Assembly: GCF_001194135.2 (NCBI RefSeq)
Contig: NC_068995.1
Span: forward strand, 8,718,957 to 8,775,457
Source of the DNA: Octopus bimaculoides
Taxonomy: Eukaryota
DNA: 56,501 bases
Direction of reading: 5' to 3'
Part shown: positions 1-12,227 of the stretch, piece after piece
How positions within the stretch are numbered: position 1 is the stretch's first letter
Layout: each line of letters opens with the position of its first letter
Translations under genes and position numbers: made by a program
The notes under the pieces: model-generated
The model's database searches: none
What the model saw: the letters and a program-made list of their open reading frames with translations, nothing else
What the model was told of the DNA's origin: nothing

Positions 1-489
1 TGTGTGTGTGTGTGTGGGTGTGTGTGTGTGTGTAAACCGATATAGTACCAATATGAACATGAAAATAACCGTTTCAACTCTCTGCAGAATGGGAAGCTAA
101 TGAACAAATTCAATCTACGTTCGAAACTTGTAGCTTCCTTGTCAGAGGTTTCTACATCTTTAGCCCAATGGCAGAGAAGGTAGTCCCTAGTGTGTTTCTG
201 CACTCGGCAAATTCAGAAGCTATAGCGGTAGGGAACAGTTAATGTCCATACCATATTTATTGAAAATACTTTAATATTAGCGTTCTATCGACGGGATTGT
301 CAGCCTACACAGTAGCATGTTATGATGTATAAAGAAAAAATAAAGAAAGAAAACGATGTAGCAGACAAACAAATGTGTCGTATTAAACTATTTCTCCATA
401 GATTGAGGCACACACTCGCGTGCGGTGATGCGCACCCAGATACAAACACACATACACAAATACATATATATACAAATACACACACATAT

Positions 490-801
490 ATATATATAGA
501 TACATATATAGGCATATATATATATATATATATAGATACATATATAGGCATATATATATATATATATAGATACATATATAGGCATATATATATATATATA
601 TATAGATAGATACATATATAGGCATATATATATATATAGATACATACATATATAGGCATATATATATATATAGATACATACATAGGCATATATATATATA
701 TAGGCATATATATATAGGCATATATATATATGAGTATACATATATAGGCATATATATGTATACAAATATAGGCATATATATATGTATACAAATATAGGCA
801 T
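490..801. repeat. Minisatellite of GATACATATATAGGC(AT)n-type units
   Basis: The anchor taggcatatat recurs about ten times, separated by (AT)n of variable length. Confidence 0.85.
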
Positions 802-1263
802 NNNNNNNNNNCCGCAGGAATGTGAGCTAACATTAATCCGACATTGTGAATGCTGAAAGCCGAAGACTTACGACGGAAATTGCCGAACAAAGGTTTGGTC
901 TGGTCTATAATTGGCTCTGCTAGATAGACCTTGATTACATACTGTAGGGAGAAAATATCGATATATTGAAATTAATAAAATAAAGAACGCAATACATGCA
1001 TACACACCACCGCCATCAATACCATCACCAGCATTAACATCAACTACATAGCCACGACATATATATTTACCTATACGCGTGGATATGCATATGTGTCTAT
1101 GTGTATGTGTTCGTGAGTGCGTGGAGAAGATTTATACGAGTATTCTCGTCTCAAAGCTACATTCATGGACGCATGCGCTGACACCTATATGTATATATAT
1201 ATATATATATATATAGATATACACACGCACACGTAGATATACCTACAAATATATGTACATGCA

Positions 1264-1295
<32 letters not shown>

Positions 1296-1744
1296 GGCTC
1301 TGCGTGAGTGCTTGTATGCACATGTGTCTCCGTGTATAAGTCTTTCTGCAGGTGAAATCGTATCCGCCTGAGTGTGTGAATGATTGAACTCACGCATACG
1401 GACTCATATATGCACGATTACTACTGTTTTTGCGTGCAAGCGTGTAGGTGTGTTTATGTGTGTGAATGTGCGTGCATCAGTGTCTTGGAATAAAAGTTAC
1501 AAAACAATTACGCAGGATAGAGTACAGGAAGATTCTGCGAAAAGCGTCGTCAACTAATTGTGTCTAATTATCTCTAATTAACTTCGCTATATATATAACA
1601 TTGCTGTGTCTCTCCTGATTGGCCGATCGTTTCGTTGTTTGCCTTTTTTTATTTCTTTTACTTTTTGGCTGCAACTAGTTTCTCTCGTTTGAATCGGTTT
1701 AGATATTCCTGTATACACGCACTTACATTCAAATGTACATACAG

Positions 1745-1779
<35 letters not shown>

Positions 1780-2248
1780 NNNNNNNNNNNNNNNNNNNNN
1801 NNNNNNNNNNNNNNNNNNNNNNNNNNNNNNNNNNNNNNNNNNNNNNNNNNNNNNNNNNNNNNNNNNNNNNNNNNNNNNNNNNNNNNNNNNNNNNNNNNNN
1901 NNNNNNNNNNNNNNNNNNNNNNNNNNNNNNNNNNNNNNNNNNNNNNNNNNNNNNNNNNNNNNNNNNNNNNNNNNNNNNNNNNNNNNNNNNNNNNNNNNNN
2001 NNNNNNNNNNNNNNNNNNNNNNNNNNNNNNNNNNNNNNNNNNNNNNNNNNNNNNNNNNNNNNNNNNNNNNNNNNNNNNNNNNNNNNNNNNNNNNNNNNNN
2101 NNNNNNNNNNNNNNNNNNNNNNNNNNNNNNNNNNNNNNNNNNNNNNNNNNNNNNNNNNNNNNNNNNNNNNNNNNNNNNNNNNNNNNNNNNNNNNNNNNNN
2201 NNNNNNNNNNNNNNNNNNNNNNNNNNNNNNNNNNNNNNNNNNNNNNNN

Positions 2249-2296
<48 letters not shown>

Positions 2297-2385
2297 GATA
2301 TATAGGTACATAAATAGCTATGATTATGTATATACGTACATATATAGGCGTGTTTATATAAGTATATACATATATACACACACAC

Positions 2386-2424
<39 letters not shown>

Positions 2425-2583
2425 AACTTGCACACACACACACATATCTATATGTGCGTGTTATATATGAGTATGTGCTTATATATGTGTACGCGTGTGA
2501 GTATATTTACATATGCATATATTAGTCTTCTCAACATATACACAAAAACAGTGTATATTTTCGTCAGTGTATATGAAACAGAC

Positions 2584-2628
<45 letters not shown>

Positions 2629-2678
2629 GCATATAGGTACGTGTAATATATATATTTATATATATATATATCTCCATA

Positions 2679-2728
<50 letters not shown>

Positions 2729-3289
2729 TGTGTATGTGTGCCTATATTTATACAAACAAACACACACACACATTTATTTGCACCAAGAAAAACAGGTAGT
2801 CAAATATATTTCTACGACTTCTTTTTTATTTTGATATCGCGACAACAATGACGAGTTTGGTGAAATATTGATGAAATAAATTGTATTAACGATAATCATT
2901 ATCAATAATACATATAAATTGGAGACGTGTGTATATATATATACATACCTACATATGTATTTATATATGTATACACACACACGCATACATATATGTATGT
3001 GTATATACAGAAATATATATTATAAAATACAATTATAGATTCATTTACATATATATAAATATATATATTAATTTAAATGTCATTTTATAAATATTTATAT
3101 ATATCGCACTTTCTCCTATGTTACTCATATTTATGTCGTAGACGTATGTCTACAGCTTATACGATGGAAATGTCGGACTGTAAGAATTGATATATAAGCA
3201 TTATACACACACAGACATTGGCAGAATCACGTGCATATTTGTGTGTGTATGTATATGTATATATATATGTATACACACAGGGAATGTCT

Positions 3290-4170
3290 TTAAACTGACC
3301 AGTCTAGAAATTCGAAACAAAGCGTTTCACTTCACTCATTACAGAACTCTTATACGCTTGCAATCTCTTCAGTCTCTCTGAAACGGAACTGCAATCTCTT
3401 GTATCTGCATGACTCAGCTTCTGATGATTATGGCTTGACCATCAACTTGAAGAAAGACAGTTGTAATGCATCAACCTGCACGTGGTGCTGTTTGCAACCC
3501 CACTAAAATTTTCGTTACGTGAGATGTTGGTCCTTTCATCTATCTTCGAAGCTCTGTAATAAATTATGGAAATCTGGACAGAAAAATACATTTGTGGATT
3601 CTAAGGGCAGCACAAGAATTTGGTGGTTTGGATTAATGAACTTGTCGCCAGTATCATATAAATAAGAACACAAAATTGGCTCTTTACAAATCGTTTGTCT
3701 TATCATCCTTGTTGTATTCTTCTGAACCACGAAGATGTTATGAAAGACATTTCAAATTGTTAGAACCATTCAAAAAAAAAAAAACTGCCTTCGCTGCAGT
3801 TTAAATATTGAATGAAGCTATTTTACTCCAGACACAGATGTCTTTGCGTCTGCAGGCACCACTTCGATTAAGTAAATGCTACTGAAAAACAAAATGAGAT
3901 GGTCATGCCATATTGTTCGAATGGTGGATGAACCCAATCTCAAACAGCTGTTTTATGGAGAGTTTGTAGAGGGGAAATGCAAGTGGAGTAAAATCTAAAA
4001 GGAGGTTTAAGAACGGCATAAGAACTACCATGAAGTCATTTGGAATGGATCCAAAAGCCACAGGAACCCTTGATTCGGATCGAGCTGAATGGCGAACAAA
4101 GGAGTGGAGTGGCGTGAAAACCTTTGAGGAGGCCAGAAAACACATGCTAGTCTTAAGACAGATTTAACGA
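3290..4170 (+). mobile_element. Degenerate RTE (BovB-like) LINE ORF fragment with an internal inversion
   Basis: Plus-strand remnants read LITELLYA..C, DDYGLTINLKK and TVVMHQPARG...KIFV (3320-3517), then DVFASAGTTSI, MRW, KQLFYGE and DRAEWR (about 3835-4170). The middle post-RT part reads on the minus strand (about 3770->3520). Stops and frameshifts are present. Confidence 0.8.
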
Positions 4171-5043
4171 AGAATGATGCGATCTGAGTGACCATTTTGC
4201 GTGCACAGGTTGTGACAGATTATGCCTATTTAGGATTCCTCACGAATCATTTTGTACTAACTTTGTTATCTACCCTCCTCGTTGATTCTTATACATATAT
4301 ATATACATGTATAAATATCTATCTTGCTATCTATCTATATATATACACACATACACATACATACAAATGAGTGTGTATAATATATGTAACTACAAATATA
4401 ACTACATATATATCAATCTATCTATCTAGATATCTATATCTATATATGGGTATCTAGCTATCGATCGATTGATCTATCCATCTTTGAATTTGAAAGCAAT
4501 TAAAACTATAGACATTATCAGACCAACGATTTCCCTTGTCACATATCTACAGTGTGACATAGCGTTATAATCTCAATTCATACCGGCGAAAGATACAAAC
4601 TCATATAACTAAACTAAATGTAAATTTTTATACAAAACAAAAAGGAAGAGAATAAATTGCCAAATATGTTTAGCAACTTCTCTAGATCACCTACAATCTG
4701 AATGCAACACAAGCGTATATTTCGAGGGTATTTTATAATAACACACGCCTCATACACACAGTTATATGTGTAGTAGCAAACATCGATCTATAGACACTGT
4801 CCTCTATCGGGTAGATATGATATATCGTAAAAACCGTCAGCCACGACATTAAAGTTGTTTGTCAAGAATTATACATAAATTTTAGGTGATAGGAATCACT
4901 TGAGATATTGGGCGTGTGTGTAGTGTGTATAACCGTATGTATGTATATATGAGTGTGAGTGTTTGTCTGTTTGTGTGTGCGTCTGCATTTGTGTGTGTGT
5001 GCATGTGTGTGTATATACGTATATATATATATATATGTACATA

Positions 5044-5103
<60 letters not shown>

Positions 5104-5133
5104 TACACATATATGTGCGTTTGTGTATGTATG

Positions 5134-5170
<37 letters not shown>

Positions 5171-5339
5171 GTATGTCTATATGTACGTATACATAAAAAT
5201 ATGTTTAGACGCATTCACTCTTATGCGTATTGACGTGAGTATAAAGGACCGTATATGAGTATGTGTGTGTGTGTGTGTGTGTGTATTTATGCACACAGAG
5301 TGGTTTCACATTTTGGAACGAGGCCAATTTTGAGGAACC

Positions 5340-5495
5340 TGGTAAGTCGGTTAATTCGATCCCAGTGAATAACTGGTACTCATTTTATAGAACTGGAAAG
5401 CACGAATGGCAAAGTCGAATACGGCTGCATTTCTAGTCAGAACGCGAAGACAGTGGAAATGCCGCTACTCTTTCTGCGCGCCGCGATAACCATTC
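5340..5495 (-). mobile_element. SINE family A, old degenerate copy
   Basis: taagtcgg...aactggtactcatttt...ggcaaagtcgaat...cagaacg. Confidence 0.55.
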
Positions 5496-5612
5496 TTGCA
5501 GTATGCCTCCTTCAATGGGTGTGAGTTTCTATATAGTGACATGGAGACATATACGGTTATATGTACACGTTTTCATACAAATATCTATCGATCTATCTAT
5601 CTACCTACACAT

Positions 5613-5659
<47 letters not shown>

Positions 5660-5661
<2 letters not shown>

Positions 5662-5998
5662 GAGCATGTACGAAAAAACAACAACGTACGAGGACAGGTG
5701 GTGTAAATAACAAAAGGATGTATTAGTATGACGCTCGGGAATACGGAAAGTCTTTGACGTTTCGAGCTACGCTCTTCAACAGAAAGAATACGGAGNNNNN
5801 NNNNNNNNNNNNNNNNNNNNNNNNNNNNNNNNNNNNNNNNNNNNNNNNNNNNNNNNNNNNNNNNNNNNNNNNNNNNNNNNNNNNNNNNNNNNNNNNNNNN
5901 NNNNNNNNNNNNNNNNNNNNNNNNNNNNNNNNNAATACGGAGACAAGGAGAAAAACACGGAGAAAAAAAATTGAATAGTGTTCAGTCAACGGTCAATC
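5660..5998 (-). mobile_element. Short Penelope-like terminal-repeat remnant carrying a hammerhead-like motif (split by an N gap)
   Basis: Same sequence as 53123-53250 and the reverse complement of 23838-23960. Contains CTGTTGAAGAGCGTAGCTCGAAACGTC. Abuts (AT)n. Confidence 0.6.
5751..5787 (-). ncRNA. Minimal type I hammerhead ribozyme fold (A6U core variant)
   Basis: The minus strand reads TCTTT-CTGTTGA-A-GAGC(GTA)GCTC-GAA-ACGT-C-AAAGA. This gives a 5-bp stem I, a 4-bp stem II, a palindromic ACGU stem III and a GUC cleavage triplet. Confidence 0.65.
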
Positions 5999-6027
5999 AA
6001 AACGTATATAGAAACACACACACACAA

Positions 6028-6073
<46 letters not shown>

Positions 6074-6594
6074 ACACAAAGATACTTGCATGGCTGTTCG
6101 TGTACGCGTGTGGGTATGTCTATGTATACAATTCTACTCAACACAATCGTGTACACTCGTACATAGGAACACTTCGTAACAGCCTTGCCATAATAAATAT
6201 GGCGAATAGACAAAGCTGTGCTTTGGACGACGTCATCGGGTTGCAGCGTGAATGCATTTTCCCGAGACTCAAGGCGTTAGTTGCAGCACACGACGTTTCA
6301 ACCGTCCGTAGATTTATAAAATCTCTCGTTCTTTTATGGAGAAAAACAGTAAATAATACGATCGCTGATGTGCACTGAACTGAAAATCTGTTGACATGCG
6401 CAAAGCTTAGTCAAGCTGGACGAGACGCACGAAGCATCGTTGAATGAAATGTATGGATGTACACAGCAGTATTTCAGTCAACACTCATCCATGCACCCCT
6501 AGTTAGTTCATTCCATTTGAGCAAGTTTTGCGCCCATCACCAAATGTTCATACACACACACACATGTATGTGTGTATGCATGTATGTATGTATG

Positions 6595-6671
<77 letters not shown>

Positions 6672-7164
6672 ATATGTGTGTGTGTATTTACATATATATA
6701 TGTATAAACATGTGTGTGTATTATATATATGTATAAATATGGATGTGTATTATATGTATGTATATGTATAACTTTGTGTGTATTTATATATATATATATA
6801 TATATATAGTTAAGAGCACGTATTTTTGAAAAGGTTTAATGAAAGCGCTCACACACCAGAAGAAAAGAAAAACTTGTTTCATAACATTTTTCGAGAAAAA
6901 TCCCATTTACACTTCAAAAACCGTATTAAATAATCCTCATACACTTTCAAATGCATATATATGTGTAGATGTATACATATATATGTATACATATGTTAGG
7001 GTGTTGAATTACGATCGAGTTTGAGGAAGCTTCGCGATCACATCAGATAATGTTCTACACGCCCTTTATGTTTGTGTGCGTGCGTACGTGCGTGCGTGTG
7101 CGCGCACGCGCGCATTTGTTTGTATGTGCGTGAGCGTGTGTGTCTATAAACGCTATATTTGTAT

Positions 7165-7560
7165 ATTAAGGTTAGTTATTCGGGTGCTGCACTCACGATC
7201 TCCAGATCGTTGCTTCGATTCTCGGACGAGGCGGAGCGTTGTTCTTGAGAGCGTGACGGAATCGATGGTACTTCGGCAGAAATGCTTTACGGGTATATCT
7301 TCCGGCTCTCTACCTTATGATTTCATATCCCATCTTCCTGGAAAGAGTAAAAGTAAATCACTCCAGTAATCACACCATGGTTCGTCACAGAAGCTCCAGA
7401 ACCCAATAATCCCCTTCCTGATTGAAAGTGAGAGGACAGAAATGTTTCACAAGCTTAGCGCCTGCTCAAGGACAGACCAAAACTCGATGTAGACTTGTAT
7501 GTAGATCGATCGTTATAAGCAGGCTCCTAACCAATGGTTCGTAGCCTGTAGCTGATGACG
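7165..7560 (+). mobile_element. Old tRNA-derived SINE
   Basis: ggttagttattcgggtgctgcactcacgatc...ttcgattctcggac head, followed by a decayed body. Confidence 0.5.
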
Positions 7561-8789
7561 TGTAATTGCGCATATACCGTACAGTCTGAAGACATGTCTC
7601 TCATTCGCAAACATTATGTTATTACATATATGTTCAATTTTGTATAAGCTTGTCGTGCGGGTGTCTACGCAGCGAAAGATCTTTTCACGCCTGTCTGATC
7701 ATCAGTGCGTGAAATATAATAGTAGACACCTAAATTTCATAAAACGAGGCATTGTATGCCTATTCCAAAGATACACAGACACACACCCATACATACATAT
7801 GTACGTGTATGTGTGTGTATGCGCGTTCGTATGTGGATATATAGTTTTATGTATGTACATTAAAACGTTTACTGATACACATGTACTTACAGAGCGAAAG
7901 AGAGACACATCGACAGACCTGAATGACATATACAGAGGTTTCAGTTTAAACTGCTTAACAGAAAAACTAGTATTTGGAACAAGTTTTAAGGAACACTCGT
8001 TTATTTGGCCGTTCTCTATATATGTATAGGTCACAGAGTGCGTATAGAAAGCATAACAAAACAGAAAAATTTGTTAATATATTTAGTAATTAAATGAACT
8101 AAATATGTTTATGAAACATACTCTCCTGCTCTGCTTCACGCGTACATTGCTCTGCTTCACGCGTACATGTATGTGGCGTGTATCTGTGCCTCAATGTTAT
8201 ATATACACGCATAAGTATATACACACACACATATAACATACTCGTAGTCACACATGCTCACGTACTCACACTCTCGCATCTCTCAGGCAGAATCAACTGC
8301 ATTTTTGTACGCGCCTTTTCCTAGTTCAATGTACGTCGCGGCTTGGCTTCTTTCATTAAGTGTTTTGTTAGAGAGAGAAATATTCGTAATTATGAAAAGC
8401 ATTGCATATTATAAAATTAATTTACTTCCTGCATAATAAAATATAATGTTGGAAAATGCATTTTTCAATCATATTTACCTCTTTCAATCGTGTGTTTTTA
8501 ATAAGCCATTCATGAATACAGGCATATACGCATACCCAAACACAATTATAATACACTTGTGTGTGTTTTAGCGATTGTCTGAGTGTATGTGTGGATATAC
8601 TGGGAGTGTACGTGTATATATGTACACGTTCGCACCTGTTTGCGCATGCGATATGATCCGCTGTTATTACATGGTGAGTAAATGTTTCTACCCATCTGAT
8701 TATTTTCGATTTCTAGGTATGAAGTATCAAGTCCCCATGTATTATCAATAACAGACTATATAATTATATAGGAGGCTATGCTCGTATTC

Positions 8790-8993
8790 TTCAAATGGTT
8801 TTGGATAAAAAAAAATACAGGTGGATCAGTTAATTATGTTTTTATTCAACATATTCCACTCTCAGTTTCACACAATTATTGCAGCGGCCTTTCACTTTTT
8901 CTAAACCCTGTAAAATAACTCGGAATATTTGGGCCTCCAGGCTGCCCTTTCTCGATACCTTTAAAACCAGGAACTTTTCAGCTGACCATCGTA
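8790..8993. mobile_element. Tc1/mariner-type MITE remnant
   Basis: The right end ccaggaacttttcagctgaccatcgta resembles a mariner-like TIR ending in TA. The body resembles a common octopus MITE from recall. The left TIR is decayed. Confidence 0.55.
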
Positions 8994-10047
8994 CATAAAC
9001 GGTTGGAATAAAAACGTGATGTTCACTCTTTAAAAGGTGATAAAAGTTTCGATGAACCGCGGTTAGTCTTGGATTAAACTGGCAAAACGACTATCATCAA
9101 CAACAACAACAGAAGTAGTAGTAGTAGTGACAGCAGTAGCAATAGCAGTGGCACCAGCAGTAACAGGAGCGGCAGCGACACGAGCAGCAGCGCGCAACCA
9201 GTGATTTTCACACTATCAATATTACCAGTTGAAAACAAATAAGCAACAATTCCATGAGATGTAATATAGTTTACGTTAATATTTAACAAGTTGATTCCTA
9301 GGGGACACCGTAATCAGATCAAATTCTTGGCAATTGCTTATGTAGACAAACGCTCTTGAATTTATAGAAGAAAGCATATGGCGACACATAGACAGTATAT
9401 CTTAACATTTGGTGAATTTAAAGCTGACAGCCATTTAAGTGTGAATGACAATTTACTCCTCGCGTGTTTCAAACCAGTTTAGTTATAAAGGGAATTCGCC
9501 TGATTTTATGTAAATGCTCTCGGTCATATATAAGCCCTGCGGCAAATACAGAAATAATAAAGTTAATTATTACTATTATTGTTGTTGTTCTTGTCACTGA
9601 TAGTATTATGATTATTGTTATTACTCTTGTTATACGATTGCATATGTATGTATGTATGTATGTATCTATATATCTGGCGCGCAAATTTCAGTTTTATGAC
9701 CTTGTTTTGAGAAACCTCGGCGTGTTCCATATATCCACCCTATTATTCTAGAGACAATACCCTTTCTCTTTAAATAAAATGACAGCCTTAAAAACACTCT
9801 TTTCTACCTAATGTAGCTTGCCGGCTGACAAGAATTTCAATGGTTATTTGAGCTAACTTACTTTCCACCTACCATTCTATCGTGAAGGATTTAAGTAAAT
9901 TCTTCACTTCTCTCCTATCGGCAAAGACTTACAACCGCAATTAATTCGATCTGAAGGAGAGCTAAGATGTATATACATATTACATGTTTGAGTTACGTAA
10001 AACATATTCAGAATCACTTAGAAACACATGTAGCTACTTCCCACCTA

Positions 10048-10139
10048 GGCGCCGTCGTCGCCGACGCGCGCCGGTGGCGGCCGCTCGTTTCCGCGGGCGG
10101 TCGTCTGTCGCCTCGTCGGCGCTCGATTTCCGAGGCGCC
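10048..10139. other. Isolated, very GC-rich structured segment of unknown origin
   Basis: About 80% GC in an AT-rich background. Nested inverted repeats: GGCGCC(G)TCG/CGAGGCGCC and CGCCGACG (10059-10066)/CGTCGGCG (10114-10121). Confidence 0.6.
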
Positions 10140-10480
10140 ATACCAGCCTCCGAACTGGACATCATTGCACTGTTCTAAATGTACCCGTCATCTCGTCTAG
10201 AGTGCAAACCATGTAGTGCGTTCACGGCTATTTAACATCTTGCCAAAACATCTGAGGGAACTACATGGAATAGGCGTACATGGGTTTAAGAAACAACTTG
10301 TCATACTGTTGCCCAAGGTCCTAGATGAACCTACATCACAAGATACTCAAAAGAGGGAAGCAATATCGAACTCCTTCCCTACAGGCCAATCATGAGAAAA
10401 TGACAATTGGAAGCAGGATAGTGCCCCAGCATGGTCACAGCCTTTGAGCCCAGACGCATAAAAGAATAAAAGAATATATA
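10140..10480 (+). mobile_element. 3' end of a CR1/L2-group LINE (5' truncated)
   Basis: FNILPKHLRELHGIGVHGFKKQL...KVLDEPTS resembles the ORF2 C-terminus of this group, followed by a short 3' UTR and an aaagaat repeat tail. Confidence 0.7.
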
Positions 10481-10917
10481 GTTAAAATTATAAACGTAAT
10501 ATACATAGTAACCAGCTTGATGTGAGCTGCTGCCTCCATATCGGTGATACTATCGGTTCTGCTTTCTTAGTATTTATAATTTCCACGGCCAATAAACTAC
10601 GAATGAGAGACGTCCAAATTGCAACACAGTCATGCAGTTATAGCGTGCGCGTCGTTAGAAGGAAACAAGAGATATTATGGTAAGAGTAAATTATTATTTA
10701 TTAATCTATCATTTTCAAACGAAATCCTTGTAAAGTTGACATGTCAAGGTAATAATATACATGTAAGTGCAGAGAATCAATATATGCTCAATCCTATAGG
10801 TAAGACCTAAATGCACGCATATTTCTAAGGATAAATGCCTCTGTGGCTGTTTAATTATGTGTGTATATGTTTAAACATGCAAGAATACATACCGAATGAC
10901 AGTATACATTTTGCAGT

Positions 10918-11090
10918 AAAGGCGTGTGGCTTAGTGGATGTGGATTTGGTGCACTATCATCCTAAGGTCCTGAGTTCGATACAGGACGTATCAAAATAAG
11001 ACACTATATTCCATGCTGGTCCAAGTCCATTCAACCGGCAAATATGAGTTGTACCTGTAATTCACTGAGCCAGGCTTGTCACATTCAGGG
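10918..11090 (+). mobile_element. Old tRNA-derived SINE head and partial body
   Basis: aaggcgtgtggcttagtgg (A box) and gagttcgatac (B box). Confidence 0.5.
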
Positions 11091-11479
11091 CAAATTCAGG
11101 GCGTATACTATGTATGATTTTGTGCGTGCTGTGTAGTATGTATGCATTTGTGCATGATGTGTATTGTGTTTGCTTTTGTGCATAAACAGGCAAGCTTGCT
11201 AATCTAGTAGGCAAATTGCAACTTCCGAAACCCGTCTACATTTCCACTCAAGTATCCTGTGTTTATAAGGAAATCGTAAATCAAACTAACTGGGAACGCT
11301 TTTAAGAACAGTGTCGTTCCTTCCTGTCAATAAACTCCCACCTACAGGCAAATAGATAGATGGATAGATAGATAGATAGATAATGAGAGAGTAAGAGAGA
11401 AACAGAAAGAAGAGGAGAGAAAATCGCGCTCTGAGAAAAACTTTAAGGATAATGTCATTCATGTCAATAAGCATCTACC

Positions 11480-11524
<45 letters not shown>

Positions 11525-12059
11525 TATGTATATACAAAGAGAGAGAGAGAGAGAGACGAGGAGAGAAGTACTAAGATGATGAATAAGTTAGCGTCTAGAT
11601 CATATATTTATTCTTTAAGTCTTAAGTTGTTCGCAGAATTCAAGATGGCTACTTACAAAGTGACAAACCTTCTCTCTTGAGTCAAGAGAGGTTTAAGGAT
11701 TTCAGTGTTGGTGAGTACATATTTAGTGCACACTCGTAAACATGTAACTGTTTACAATGAAATTCTTAAGTGTGCATGGAAGCATGCGTGATCGTTTACT
11801 ACGTATGTACACACATACAGAATATAAACTGAAAATCGCATAATTTCATTTGCATAATCCCTCTGCACGTATTAGATTTTGTTCATAAAAGGGATAAAAC
11901 TCTACGTCCCTCTTACAATACTTCTCGAAGCTTGTCTCCAGTAACGGTAATTACGTTCAGTTATGTAGCACGGAATTATAAGCATTATGTAAATGTTATG
12001 CGACATATATAGACAAACACACACACACACACGTATAAAATTTACTGATCACGTCCACG

Positions 12060-12187
12060 TAACTTAGCGGTTTGTCAAAAGAGCCGATATAATAAGTACT
12101 AGGCTTACAAAGAATAAGTCCCGGGGTCTATTTGCTCGACTAAAGGCGGTGCACCAGCATAGCCACAGTCAAATGACTGGAACAAAG

Positions 12188-12193
<6 letters not shown>
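12060..12193 (+). mobile_element. SINE family B 3' fragment, opposite orientation
   Basis: Reverse complement of the 15600-15690 block, ending in cagtcaaatgactggaacaaag. Confidence 0.65.

Positions 12194-12227
<34 letters not shown>

Noticed and set aside
88-179. Plus-strand exon-like segment after TCTCTGCAG
   Set aside because: Weak donor, no recognisable peptide, and no partner exons.
8126-8168. Small tandem duplications (TGCTCTGCTTCACGCGTACAT x2; also TTGTACGACCAGGTAC x2 near 39690-39730)
   Set aside because: Ordinary slippage duplications with no further structure.
9931-9948. 18-nt minus-strand micro-exon (IELIAV) between CTCCTTCAG and GTAAGTC
   Set aside because: Too short to distinguish from chance in AT-rich intronic DNA.
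10093-10160. HDV-like ribozyme reading (P1, P3, P4 and CGAA can be drawn)
   Set aside because: The GG needed for P1.1 is missing, L3 is short, and the CGAACTGGAC part appears to be LINE coding sequence.
11848-11855. Octamer motif ATTTGCAT
   Set aside because: A single 8-mer is expected by chance in 56 kb of AT-rich DNA.
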